In this document: positions 12,620 to 24,490 of the stretch, in pieces | How the letters are laid out: each line of letters opens with the position of its first letter | Position numbering within the stretch: the first letter of the stretch is position 1 | From: Sminthopsis crassicaudata | Taxonomy: Eukaryota | Length of the DNA: 64,000 nt | Reading direction: 5' to 3' | NCBI RefSeq assembly: GCF_048593235.1 | Contig: NC_133617.1 | Location: 478,930,958 to 478,994,957 of the forward strand | The notes under the pieces: model-generated | What the model saw: the letters and a program-made list of their open reading frames with translations, nothing else | The model's database searches: none | Told to the model about the DNA's origin: nothing | Translations under genes and position numbers: made by a program

Positions 12620-12842
12620 TATGTTGGTGCTAGCACATACTGGCTCTTGGAGCCAAAAGGTTAACATTTTCCCTGTAAGCACCTATACTTTAGAAACCAG
12701 CATATCAGGGATTGGTTTATTGTTTTAGCAATTGTTTGTATTTAAGAAAGGGATGGGGAAAGTGAAGATTACATTTAAACATGTGACTAACATTTTTTTT
12801 TTTCCTGGAGAGCTGATTGTTAAACATATACTAATACAGTCT
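12620..12842. mobile_element. Ancient hAT DNA-transposon fragment (Arthur1-like)
   Basis: ggagagctgattgttaaacatatac resembles the recalled end ggagagccggttgttaaacatttacc. Confidence 0.45.
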
Positions 12843-13304
12843 TACATTTATCCACTATTTCTGTATGTGACTTTTAGGATCAAATGAAAACTCTTCTGAT
12901 TGACATTTAAAACCAAATTGTATTATTACATATGACTCTCCTCTATGCTTGAAATAAGCTTCCTTCACTTCCTCTTGGAGATTGCCTAGCTTCCTTCAAA
13001 ACTCAAATCAAACGTCATCTCCTACATAAAGTCCTTTTAAATACTCCGGCTACTAGTGCCACCCCATCTCTGAAATCACTTTGCATTTTCTTATATATAT
13101 CGCAGTCATTTAAGCAAGGCTTGAGGCTAGCTGCCTATTTTGTGTCCACTTATATATTCATATTACCTCCCTCAAGAGAACATACAGTCCTAGAAGGCAA
13201 AGATTGTTTCTTTCTTGTCACTGATTTCCCAGAGTAGCATGGTGTCTGGTACTTAGGACACAGTTATTAAAAGCTTGTTGATTAATTATAATTTTAGTAG
13301 ACTG

Positions 13305-13540
13305 GTCTAGCCAGTGGTGCAGTGGATAGAGTGCTGGATCTGAAGTCAGGAAGACTCATCTTCATGAGTTCAAATCTAGCCTCAGACACTGTGATCCTGA
13401 GCAAGTTTTTCACCCTGTTTGTCTCAGTTTCCTCATCCGCAAAGTTAGCTGGAGAAGGAAATGGTGAACCACTCTGGTACCTTTGCCAAGAAAATTCCAA
13501 CTAGAGTCATGAAGAGTTGGAAACAACTAAACAACAAAAT
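13305..13540 (+). mobile_element. MAR1-like SINE
   Basis: ggtgcagtggatagagtgctgg head, gagttcaaatc B box, and gctggagaaggaaatgg...gtcatgaagagttgg tail. Confidence 0.75.
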
Positions 13541-15377
13541 TATAATTGAAGAGAGCATGGATCTAAAATCAGAGGAGTGCTGCCTCTGAAACTTACTATC
13601 CAAATACCTTTGGCCAATTTACTGAACTTTGCCCTCAGTTTCCTCATCTGTAAACTGAGAGGGTTAGTTCATGGTTACTGAAGTTATCTGAAGGTAACTC
13701 TAGATATCTGACCCAAAATGCTTTGATACTATGATTCTGTAAGGTAGATAACCCCACTATTAGTAAATACTTAGGGTTTTTAAATCAAATGATCTAAACT
13801 GTCATGATCATAGTCTGGTTTGGGGGTAACTGTTCTTTCTACTCTGACAGGATCATTAAGAACTAAATTAGTCGCAATAAAGTGGTACAGTGGGTATAGA
13901 ACCAGTGCTGGAATCAGGAAAACCTGAGTTCAAATCTGGCCTCAGACTCTTAGTACCTGTGTGACCCTGGGCAAGTCAATTAACCCTGATTTTCTCCAGA
14001 TAGATAGAAGAATTAATTTGTGTGGTCTTAAAGGGTAGATTCTTGGATTCTTCTTAGGCAGTTCTGAATTGCTCTTTTTTAAAACAAAATTGCTTTATCA
14101 ATTGACAGACATCTATTTCCTCTACCCCATGGTGGAAGGTAAGGAGAAAAAACAAACTTCTAGGAATTAAGATTCAGTGAAGTAAAACAAACACTTTCAT
14201 TGCCAAGTTTAAAATGTAGAGGTTTCAGAGGAGTAAGTGGATGGTACAGTAGATAGAGCACTAGCCCAATAGTCAGAAGGACCTGAATTCAAATCCAGCC
14301 TCTGATACTTTAACATTTACTAGCTGTGTGACCCTGAATAAGTCATTTAATCCCAAATGTCTTGCAAAAAATAAAATAAAATAGAGGTCTCATTCTGTCA
14401 TTTTCTACTCTCCAACCCCTCATGACTAGCAGGTAGGCATCCTTGGTGCTCTGTATTCATGTCCAGTCACTGTGTTGATAAGAGTTAAAATTAAATTTTA
14501 TGGTGTTTTTATTATAAATTGTTCTCATTGTTCTGCTCCTTTCATTCTTTAGTTCGCACAAATCTGCTTTGGTTTTTAGTTTATCTAAGATCTAAGAATC
14601 CTATATCTTTTCGTTTATTCACTCTGGTCAAAACTGAGTGACTTTACATATTAGAACTAGTATTTATAAATCTAGAATAACCAGGAAGTTCTATAGTTGG
14701 AGGTGGCTTTGCTTGATTCCTTCACATAGGCAACAAAACAAACATTCAGGTCTTCTGCCTCCCTTTGACCTGAATCCATTTCCTTGACATCATGCTCCAA
14801 CCCTCTGGCTTCTGGCCTAGAAACCTCAACTTGCTATACCGGTGAGAGGTTTCTCTCTACCTACTACTGAACCTGGGCTACCGGATCTATGAAGCATGGG
14901 CGACATGGCATTCATTTCTGCCCTGGCACTGTGATTTAGGACCAGATACTGAACCTCTCTGAGACTCAATTTCTTCAGTTGTAAAATGAGTTTCCTTATA
15001 GAGATATGAAGGAAGCACTCTGTAAGTCTTAACATACTCATTTATAAATGAATATGTGTTAACATACATTGATAAAATGTGGACTATTATTATATTATTG
15101 TTGTCACAACAATGGCAAATCCAACTCATAGGAAATCTGGTAGTTACCTAAATGGTATGACATGAGGGACCCAAAGAGGTCTCTTTGCTCAAAAATCTTT
15201 TCCCTGACTGGCCTGCCATCATATCTGAAATTCTATTATTTGCATTTCTCCTGCAATAGTCATGGCCAAGGAGAAAAGTCCTGAAGGATTTCAGTTATTA
15301 TTGATGTTTGGAGCAAACAGAGCATTGATCATTGGGGGAAATCCCCTGGTTTGCATTCAATTCATTTCAATTAAATA

Positions 15378-15380
<3 letters not shown>

Positions 15381-15420
<40 letters not shown>
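15381..15420. repeat. T40 homopolymer at the end of an antisense L2 remnant
   Basis: Read directly. Confidence 0.9.
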
Positions 15421-15422
<2 letters not shown>

Positions 15423-16483
15423 TTTCTGTTATGTCCCAGCCACTGTGCTGGACTCTGTGCTAAGAAACAAAGGCAAAAATGAAATAGTTCCTGCCTTCAA
15501 GGAACTTAAATTCTACTGGAGGAAACAACATAATCACAAACACTTGTTTCTAAGTAAAGAGGGAGAGGAAAGGCTAGGAGAGGTCTAGTGGGGGTGAGGA
15601 GGAGCAGAAAAGACCTCCCTTGGGAAATGGCATTCAAGTCCAGCCTTGAAGAGACCTAGATATTCCAAGAGGCAGAAGTGAGGACCTAGAGCATAAGAGA
15701 AATGGATCCCAGTCTATGCAAAAAGTATTAAGGTGGGAAATAAAATAATTTGCATAAGGAACAGTATAGTAGATGAGTTTGACTAGAATATAGGGAGCAT
15801 GAGGGAGGAGGAGTATGAAATCATTCAAGAAAATTAGGACAGAGCTAGATTATTAAAATTTTTTAAACGTTAAATAGAGGTTTGTATTTTACCATAGTGG
15901 CAATGGAAAAACAATAAAGCTTCTTGAAGAAAAGAAAGGAAGGAACAAGAATTTATTAAATTGTTCCAAGCACTATGCTAAGCACTTTAGGAATATTATC
16001 TCATCTAATATTCACAACAACCCTGAGAGGTAGATGCTATTATTATTTCTAGTTGAGGAAACTGAGGCAGACAGAGGTTAAATCATTTGTTCAGGGTTGA
16101 ATATCTATTACGTGTCTGAGAGTTATGGTGGAATTCACTTTTTCCTAACTCCAGGCCTACTGCTCTACACTTGCATTATCTAGCTATGCAAAGGGGAGAA
16201 AATTGAAATATTCAGGCCTGTCCTTTGGGAAGTCAACTGACCCCAAAAAAGCAATAAGGAACAACAGAGTCAGAGTTCTTGGGAGAATTATATATCACTG
16301 TGTCTCCAGAAGGCCCCTGTGAAAATGCTAGGCATTTACCTGGAAAGAATAAGATATTAACCCATTAGTTCACACTTCTTCCATAGCAACTTTGCGTTTT
16401 CAGATGGGTTAGCAGAGAATAAGGCCCTGAGAGATGACAAAAATAGAATAGGTACTTCCCCAAATTTGAGAATGTTAGAGCTC

Positions 16484-16628
16484 GGGGGCAGCTAGGTGGC
16501 GCAGTGGATAAAGCACCAGCCCTGAATTCAGGAAGACCCGAGTTCAAATTTGGTCTCGGACACTTAACACTTCCTAGCTGTGTGACCCTGGGCAAGTCAC
16601 TTAACCCCAGCCTCAGAAAAAAAAAAGA
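16484..16628 (+). mobile_element. WSINE1-like young SINE with 16-bp TSD
   Basis: gggggcagctaggtggcgcagtgg...ccccagcctc followed by an A-rich tail; TSD gagaatgttagagctc at 16468-16483 and 16629-16644. Confidence 0.92.
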
Positions 16629-17139
16629 GAGAATGTTAGAGCTCTTGTATAATTTTGAACTCTTCTAGTCTAACCTCCTCATTTAAAAAAAATATTTCCC
16701 CAATTACATGTAAAAACAATTTAAAAAAAATTTTTTAAGTTTTGAGATCCAAATTCTGTTCTCTCCTCTCTCTCTCTCTCTCTCTCACCTTCCTAAGATG
16801 GTAAGCAATGTAATATATAACTTCCTTATTTTAAAGCTGAAAAAAAAATAACAGATTGAGATCACATGGAAAAATTTGGGACTTAAACCCGTTTTCTCAC
16901 CCTAAATTCAATGATTTTTCTACTATGACCTTCTTGCTATATAACCCAGTACAACCAGAGAAAGAACAGCAGGAACTCTCTACTCTAACCAGTTCTAGGA
17001 CGTACAGTATTGGCAGGAGATCCGGATGAAGGATGGAAGGAAGCTGGGGATATCTAGCCACTGTGAGAGGACAGGAAGCAAACAAGAGACAGGAAAATGG
17101 GGGTGGGCTCTTGCCTCTGTTCTGCAGCTGTCCTGGAAA

Positions 17140-17330
17140 TGCTGGGGGGAAAGAGAGAAGAAAGGAGGAGGTAAAAGAAAAGAAGAAAATGAAAGAAGGT
17201 GGGGAGGTAAAAGAAGAGGGAAGAAGGAAAAGGGAGGGGATTGAATAAAAAAGAGGAAAATGGAGAGAAGGAAAAGGAGGGGAATGAGAGAAGACAAAGG
17301 TGAGAGGGAGGAGAAGATAGGAAGGAGCTG
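17140..17330. repeat. Polypurine low-complexity tract
   Basis: Almost exclusively G and A on +. Confidence 0.85.
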
Positions 17331-17853
17331 CAAGTGGAATGAGGGCGGGTCTATGCAGGGAGTGTGAGAAATGGCACTAGTGTTAGGGCTCAGCTGGTGT
17401 GAGGCAAATGCCCTGAGCCAGGCCTCTGGGCAGGGTTTTAGATGCCACTAAAAGTGAGTGGGGTGTGATAGGACAGTCCTATTGTCCCTGCCTTCCCCCA
17501 GAGAGCCCAGATCCAAGTGCTGGGCCTCCAGGATCTTCATGAGTCATTTCTCCCTGACTCCTGGGACAGAAAGGGCACCCCTCAGAATAGGTCTCCTTCT
17601 TGCCTGATTCATCCTCTTGAGGAGGAAGCTTGTGACCATCTCTGACTCAGAACAGCCACGATGGATAGGCTAGGGTCAAGAAAAGGACATTAGTCTTGGA
17701 ATGAAGGAAGCCTGGGGGTTCAAGTTTTTGCTGTTCCACTAAGTCACTGAATGACTGAGGTTTCAGTTTCCCAATCTATAAAACAAGGAATCAGGATTAA
17801 ACGATCTCTAAGATCCCACCAGATCTAAAATTCTATGATTAAAAGTTTATGTT

Positions 17854-18590
17854 GAGGAGGAGTCAAGATGGCAGAGAGAAGCCAGGAAGTTTCCTGAGCT
17901 CCCCACAGTTTGCCTTATAAATACTGTTAAATCAAGTCTCTAAAATGGATCCTGGAGTAATATAATCTACAAAAAGATGGACTGACACAATTTTCCTGTT
18001 TAAGATAATTTAGAAGGACAGGTCTATCTCACTGGGTGAAAAAGTGGCACAGTCCAGGGAAGATGGTGTCTGGCAAGCCAGCAGGAGACTCTTGGACACA
18101 ACACAGAACAGCAACTGAGAGCCCTTGGTTGTAATCAGTAGGCTAGTGGTATAGCAGGCTTCCAGTCCTCGCACAGAAGGCAAATCGCTGGTCCAGGAAC
18201 CCCCAGCCCAAGAAGAATGACTGGGCTAAGCCATTCCAACCTCAGGGGGTAAGCCACGTGCTCCTAACACCCTGGCACAGAAGCTGGTGACCAGGCCTGT
18301 GGCCCCAGCACAAGAAGTTTGGGACAGTGCCCCCTATGCCCCAAGAACAGAGATCAACTTTAAATCATAAAATAGGCTTAAAAATGAGCAAAACACAGAA
18401 AAGATCCCTGACCTTAGAAAGCAACAGGGAACAGCAAAACACAAACTCAGAAGTGGACACAACGATGTCAAAACGCCTACATGAAGAGCCTCAAAGGGGA
18501 AAATAATTTGGACTCAAACCCAAAAAAACTTCTTGCAAGAGCTCAAAAAGGTTTTTAAAAGTCAAATAAGGAAGGTAGGAAAAAATTGGG
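17854..18590 (+). mobile_element. L1 5' UTR and start of ORF1, 3'-truncated and decayed
   Basis: Starts gaggaggagtcaagatggcagag (typical L1 5' terminus). ATG at 18384 gives MSKTQKRSLTLES; the later QELKKVFKSQIRKV resembles the marsupial ORF1 N-terminus. Confidence 0.75.
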
Positions 18591-21526
18591 ATCCAGAGGG
18601 ATGCTCACTTCCTGCAGCTTTCACATCTCAGCCCAAGTCTCCTAACTCCAAGCAGTCACCAGTCCTTCAACAGCAGAGTGCACTTCCTCCCCAATTAGTC
18701 ACTGACCTAACAGCTAATGAGAGCTTTCCTAAATTTCACTAAAAGGAGAGCTGGAATAGGGAGTGGAGAGGATGTCCCAAGAGGAAGGAAGATGATTGGT
18801 GGAGGCAAAGAGAAATCCAGTGAGGCAAATCAGGGAATAAAACCATGAGTAAAGTATGGCTGAGGCCTCCAATAGAATAGACAGGACTTGACAACTACTA
18901 GATTAAGGGAATAAGGGGAGCGAATAAACCAAGAACAGCTTCAAGTTTCAAACCTGAGAGACTGGAAGGATGAAGGGACCCTTGACAGAAACAGAAAAGT
19001 AAAGAGGAAGAAAGAGTTTAAGGGGAAAGATAATGAGCTTTGTTTTAGATTTGTTGAGTTTGACAATTCTATGAGACATCCAGTTGGAGATCTATAGTGA
19101 TAGATTTCTTATCTATCCATGGCCTGAGTCCAGAATGAAGTGAGTCTCAAAGCCCATCTAACAGTTGATAAGAGGAGATTTACTTAGCCATAGCATGAAA
19201 AGGATATTTGGAAACAATAGAACATTGTTTTAAGAAAATTCAGGGCCCTCTCATTTCTAAATGTATCTGGTAGCTATAGTGATTACCATGGGAAATAGGA
19301 AATGCACGACATCTGAGGGCACTGATTCTTATACCCTTTTATACCCTGGAAGACTAGGAAACTATGTCAACAGCTTGAGCTTAATCCCTAGGACCAATCA
19401 AGTGTCAGGTCTAGCTTCCTTGTGTTTGTTGCCTAAACTTCATGAGGGATATTACTTCTATAACAAGACTTGAGAGATGGGCATGGGTATTTGGAAGGGT
19501 TACACATAGAGATGATTTACTCTTTTATAGTTTACAAAGCATTCTCACAACTATTTTCTCATTTGACCCTCATGACACCTCGATGAAGTAGGTGAAGGTA
19601 TAGATTATTATCCCCCAATCTTACTCCCTCCATTCCAGTCCATAATTCACATGAAAAAACTGAGATCAAGCCAGGTGAAGTAAGTAAGCTTGCATGACTG
19701 GTAAGCATTGGTAGAGTCAGGACTAATCTTGCTGCTAAGTTCATTTGCTAGAGCCTTGATCATCAACCCAGGGCTTGACAGGTATTACAGTGTCACCCTT
19801 TGTTATAAGGACCATCTTGTTGGCCTCCCCATTTTATAAATGAGGGCACTAAGGCTCAGAGAAGTGACTTAACTTGCCTTCAGTCACACAGCAAGTTAGC
19901 TGAGATCAGACCTCAGATTTCCTAACATGACATGCACTCCTTTTCCCACATCATTCTTCTTGTATTTCATGAGTGTCATTTCTTTTCAATGAAACTAGGG
20001 TAGCCCAGTTCTGGGCAAACAGCAGCTGTCTAACATGGGACTGACTGACAAGATGACATCACAGGCTCCTAGGTGACATCTGATGCTTCTTTTCCAAATA
20101 TTTTCATTTCACAAAACTTGCATTGCATAAAACAAATACAGTGATGAAACATTATATGAAAGAGTGTTACACAAAAAGGGATTTCCTGCCTTCAGTGATC
20201 TCTAAGTGTACATGAACACAGGCTAAAGGAGGATAGAAAGGAGGCTTACAGGGTTAAGCCTCCATTAGCAAACTTCTTGGGAGCAGAGACAGTTAATTAC
20301 ATTCCTGATGCTTAGCACAGTGCCTGGTGTATAGTAGGCACAATAATAAATCTTTATTGGATTGGATTGAGTGGGGTTCTTGCTAGGAAAAAATTAAACA
20401 ATATTAATTAGGATTAAATAATATTTTAAAGTGATTTTAAAGTGCAAGATTCAGAGTTATATAAATTCTTATTATAATTATTATTATTTGAGGTTCTCAA
20501 TGATGCAACTCAATAAGCCAGTGAGAGGATTCAGAATGTCCTCCTTTCCTCAACTCTGGACTAGAAACATGGAAGCTTAGAGTTTTAACTAATGCATTGT
20601 GACTGGACTTAATCCCAGAAAGCTGAACTCTGAATGTACCAAATTTAAAGCGCTCCAATAGCATTTACAGAGTGAGCTATCCTGCTCCTCCCCATTCTGC
20701 TTTCCCAGGAAGACTGCCTCTCTAGCACTGTGTCTGGAGGTCTCTAGATCACCTGCCCTCCCACCTCCAATAAAAACTGAGAGGGCCTTTTATTCCCATC
20801 TCCCCTTGGGAGGTCTGTGGTGCTTGCCCTAATCATAACAATTCCTACTTATGACTGCTTAGATATCAAGACTTATCTCCCACACAACAGAAGAAATTTC
20901 TTCTTCTACAGTCTCCCTAGCTTTTGCTTTTCTATTTCTTAGACTCCCTTTTCCTGAATATCTTTCCTCCCCATCTTCCCTGTCAAGTTCCATCCATCCT
21001 TTATAGACTATCTTAAATGTTATCTCTTCAGGCAAACCCTCATCTATTTTCAGTAATAAATATCCTTTCTCCTGGAATACATTCAGCACCTTTAACATCT
21101 TTAACATCTTTCTAAATACATTTGTTCAAATTAATCTGCAAATATTGATTAAAATTTGTCCACAACTAATGTGTGAATCGGTTTAATATGATTTTACATG
21201 TATTACCTATATCAGATTGTTTGCCATCTGGAGAAGGGGAGAGAGAAGGGAAGAAGAAAAAAATTATAATTCAGAATTTTATAAAAGTGAATGTTGAAGA
21301 CTAAAAAAAGTTTGCCTGTACTCTTTTGTTATTATCATTTTTGTCATTTTTATTTTTGTTTTGTTGTTGTTGTTTGATCCTTGATTGACTCAAAGAGTGA
21401 ATATAAATAGCATTTCTCTTTTGGCCAGAAACTCTGAGGGTTTTCCCCTCTAAGATAAGGATTTTTTTTAACTTGGTAAAAGGAACCATTCTCTCTCATT
21501 TCTTACCTAGCTTTAATCACTTAAAG

Positions 21527-21690
21527 CAGGGGTCCTCAACTACGGCCTGCGGGACATATGAGGCCTGCTGAGGATGTTTATGCCACAGGCCGGGTTATAG
21601 CAAAATCAGAATCTCATCTTCCTGGTTTCCTCGTGGCAATATGTTCTACAGCCCTACAGTATTGCTGTGATGCGATGTGATATAGCATGA
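21527..21690 (+). mobile_element. hAT-Charlie (OC1/OposCharlie-like) transposon 5' end
   Basis: caggggtcctcaactacggcctgcggg matches the recalled OC1 end CAGGGGTCCTCAAACTACGGCCCGCGGG; no right TIR found. Confidence 0.65.
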
Positions 21691-21954
21691 ACAAACATCA
21701 ACCCCCACCTCTAGAAAGGAGAAGAGATAGAAAGTGAATATATAGCAATTCCAACAGGGAGGTGGTCTTGGAGTAAGGAAATCTTGGGTTTGAGTCTCCC
21801 TCTCGGACACATACCTTTGACAAGTCACTTGATCCCACTCTGTCCCAGGCAAGAATATGGCAGTGAGAAGTCACTGGTAAAGGAAGTTCCTTACTGGGCT
21901 TCTCATTGTATATAATAATTGATACAGGCAGTGGCCCTTTTAAGATTCCTTTTC

Positions 21955-22566
21955 TGATCTCCAACCCCCTTTGGGACTGACCTTTGATTTACAAGATCTG
22001 GTCAAAACCACCCTTTTGTATTCCAAGGGGAGAGATCCCTATCTGAGCTAACTTGGGCTGTACCCAGCCCCCATTCTAATGATCTGCTAAGGTTTTCCAA
22101 TCCCCACCTGGTGGGTTCTGGCCCTTGAGAAATCAACCTGGGACTCCACCCATAGGCCCCTTCAAGCAAATAAAAGAGCCAAGCTGGAATAATCTCTTTG
22201 CAGAGGGTCAAAACATATAAGCATCATGCTTTGCATCACAGACTCTCTGTCCACCATTTTTGGTGTATCTCTTCCTCTATCTAATACCTTTTACTAACCA
22301 GACTTTAACCTTACTTCCAAAGCCTACAATAAACCTTTTTTTTTTTTTTAATCAATCTAGGTTTTCGGGCCTATAAATTCATTTACAGGGGACTCTGCAC
22401 TGTCACTAGAACACATTTAACTCCATATCCTTGTGCCGAATCCAAAGGGGTTTCAGGGAGCTCCATTTGACTCCCTATACCCCCAACCTGCCACTAGACC
22501 TCAATTAACCCTAATTTTATTTAGGTATCCCTTATCTAGACCTCATCATTTGGCTAAACCTCATCA
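21955..22566 (+). mobile_element. Probable ERV solo LTR (left boundary uncertain)
   Basis: TATA-like aaataaaag near 22170, aataaa near 22329, ends cctcatca; no TSD resolved. Confidence 0.55.
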
Positions 22567-22773
22567 ATAATGAAATCACAAAATTTCTCCTTGTTTGGGT
22601 TTCATCCTCCAACTGTACTATAAACTCCATAGACAAAGGTTGTTTTATTAAAAATCTGTAATTCCTAAAACAGTTGTTCAAATAAATGTTTGCTGTTATT
22701 TTTTTGGTACAGAACTCACCCCTTCATGAGATGGCCCCAGTCATTTTTAAATAATTCTTGAGAGACAGAGAGA

Positions 22774-23051
22774 NNNNNNNNNNNNNNNNNNNNNNNNNNN
22801 NNNNNNNNNNNNNNNNNNNNNNNNNNNNNNNNNNNNNNNNNNNNNNNNNNNNNNNNNNNNNNNNNNNNNNNNNNNNNNNNNNNNNNNNNNNNNNNNNNNN
22901 NNNNNNNNNNNNNNNNNNNNNNNNNNNNNNNNNNNNNNNNNNNNNNNNNNNNNNNNNNNNNNNNNNNNNNNNNNNNNNNNNNNNNNNNNNNNNNNNNNNN
23001 NNNNNNNNNNNNNNNNNNNNNNNNNNNNNNNNNNNNNNNNNNNNNNNNNNN
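22774..23051. other. Assembly gap (278 N) within GA-rich sequence
   Basis: N run. Confidence 1.
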
Positions 23052-23430
23052 GAGGGAAGGAGGGAAAAGAAGAGAGTAGGGAGAAAAAGAGAGGGAGGGA
23101 GGAGGAAAGAGACAGACACAGAGAGATAATAGATCTAACTATTTAGATAGAGAGATATCTTTAAGATTTGCAATGTGCTGAGCATTTTATTTTATTTGAC
23201 CCTCACAACAATTTTGTGAGGTAGGTGCTATCCTTATCCCCATTTTATAAATGGGGATAGTAAATATTTAAGGTGACATTTGAACTCGTCTTCCTAACTC
23301 CTAAACCCAGTGTTCTGACCCACTAAAAAGCAGTTTAGTAAAACTAATCACACATAGATACCTAGTAGTGTAAGTGATATTCCACATTTCAGCAAAATAA
23401 AGAAGAAAGGTATTAAGAGTTAATCTGCTT

Positions 23431-24490
23431 TCCACTCATATGAAAGAGTGTTCCAAATCACTATTGATCAGAGAAATGCAAATTAAGACAACTCTGAGGT
23501 ATCATTACACACCTGTCAGATTGGCTAAGATGACAGGAACAAATAACGATGAATGTTGGAGGGGCTGTGGGAAAACTGGGACACTGATGCATTGTTGGTG
23601 GAGTTGTGAAAGAATCCAACCATTCTGGAGAGCAATCTGGAATTATGCCCAAAAAGTTATCAAACTGTGCATACCCTTTGACCCAGCCATACTACTACTG
23701 GGCTTATACCCCAAGGAACTACTAAAGAAGGGAAAGGGACCTGTATGTGCCAAAATGTTTGTGGCAGCCCTTTTCATAGTGGCTAGAAGCTGGAAGATGA
23801 ATGGATGTCCATCAATTGGAGAATGGTTGGGTAAATTATGATACATGAATGTTATGGAATAGTATTGTTCTGTAAGAAATGACCAGCAGGAGGAATACAG
23901 AGAGGCTTGGAGAGACTTACATCAACTGATGCTGAGTGAAACGAGCAGAACTAGGAGATCATTATACACTTCAACAATGATACTGTACGAGGATGTATGC
24001 TGATGGAAGTGGATTTCTTCAACATAGAGAAGAGCTAATCCAATTCCAATTGATTAATGATGGACAAAATCAGCCACACCCAGAAAAGGAACACTGGGAA
24101 ATGAATGTAAACTGTTATTTTTACCTTCTGAATCCAATTCTTCCTGTGCAACAAAAAATTCGGTTCTACACACATATATTGTATCTAGAATATACTGTAA
24201 TATATATTTTTTTTAATTTTTTATTTTATTTTATAATTATAACATTTTTTGACAGTACATATGCATGGGTAATTTTTTACAACATTATCCCTTGCACTTA
24301 CTTCTATTCAGATTTTTTCCCTTCCTCCCCCAACCCCCTCCCCCAGATGGCAAGCAGTCTTATATATGTTAAATATAAAAAATCTGAATAGAAATAAGTG
24401 CAAGGGATAATGTTGTAAAAAATTACCCATGCATATGTACTGTCAAAAAATGTTATAATTATAAAATAAAATAAAAATTAAAAAAAAAAA
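23431..24490 (+). mobile_element. Young 5'-truncated L1 with 16-bp TSD and rearranged 3' UTR
   Basis: The translation [29 protein letters not shown]...CWRGCGKTGTLMHCWW is the ORF2 cysteine-rich end; TSD aagagttaatctgctt at 23415-23430 and 24491-24506. Confidence 0.93.
24207..24488. repeat. Long inverted repeat (arms 24207-24318 and 24377 to about 24488, 58-bp spacer)
   Basis: Arms aligned by eye differ by one substitution and one A-run indel. Confidence 0.93.

Noticed and set aside
13305-13400. A-box and B-box motifs as tRNA genes (also in the WSINE1-like copies)
   Set aside because: They are tRNA-derived SINE heads with no cloverleaf.
16897-17085. LHPDLLP peptide after a ctctcacag acceptor, resembling MICALL2 LHPDYLSP
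   Set aside because: The match is only 4-5 residues with no flanking similarity, and no earlier MICALL2 exons were found.
23235-23259. 11-bp-arm hairpin tatccccattt-tat-aaatggggata
   Set aside because: It can be explained by slight drift of the antisense MIR core (ccccattttacagatgagg); a similar string occurs near 19826.
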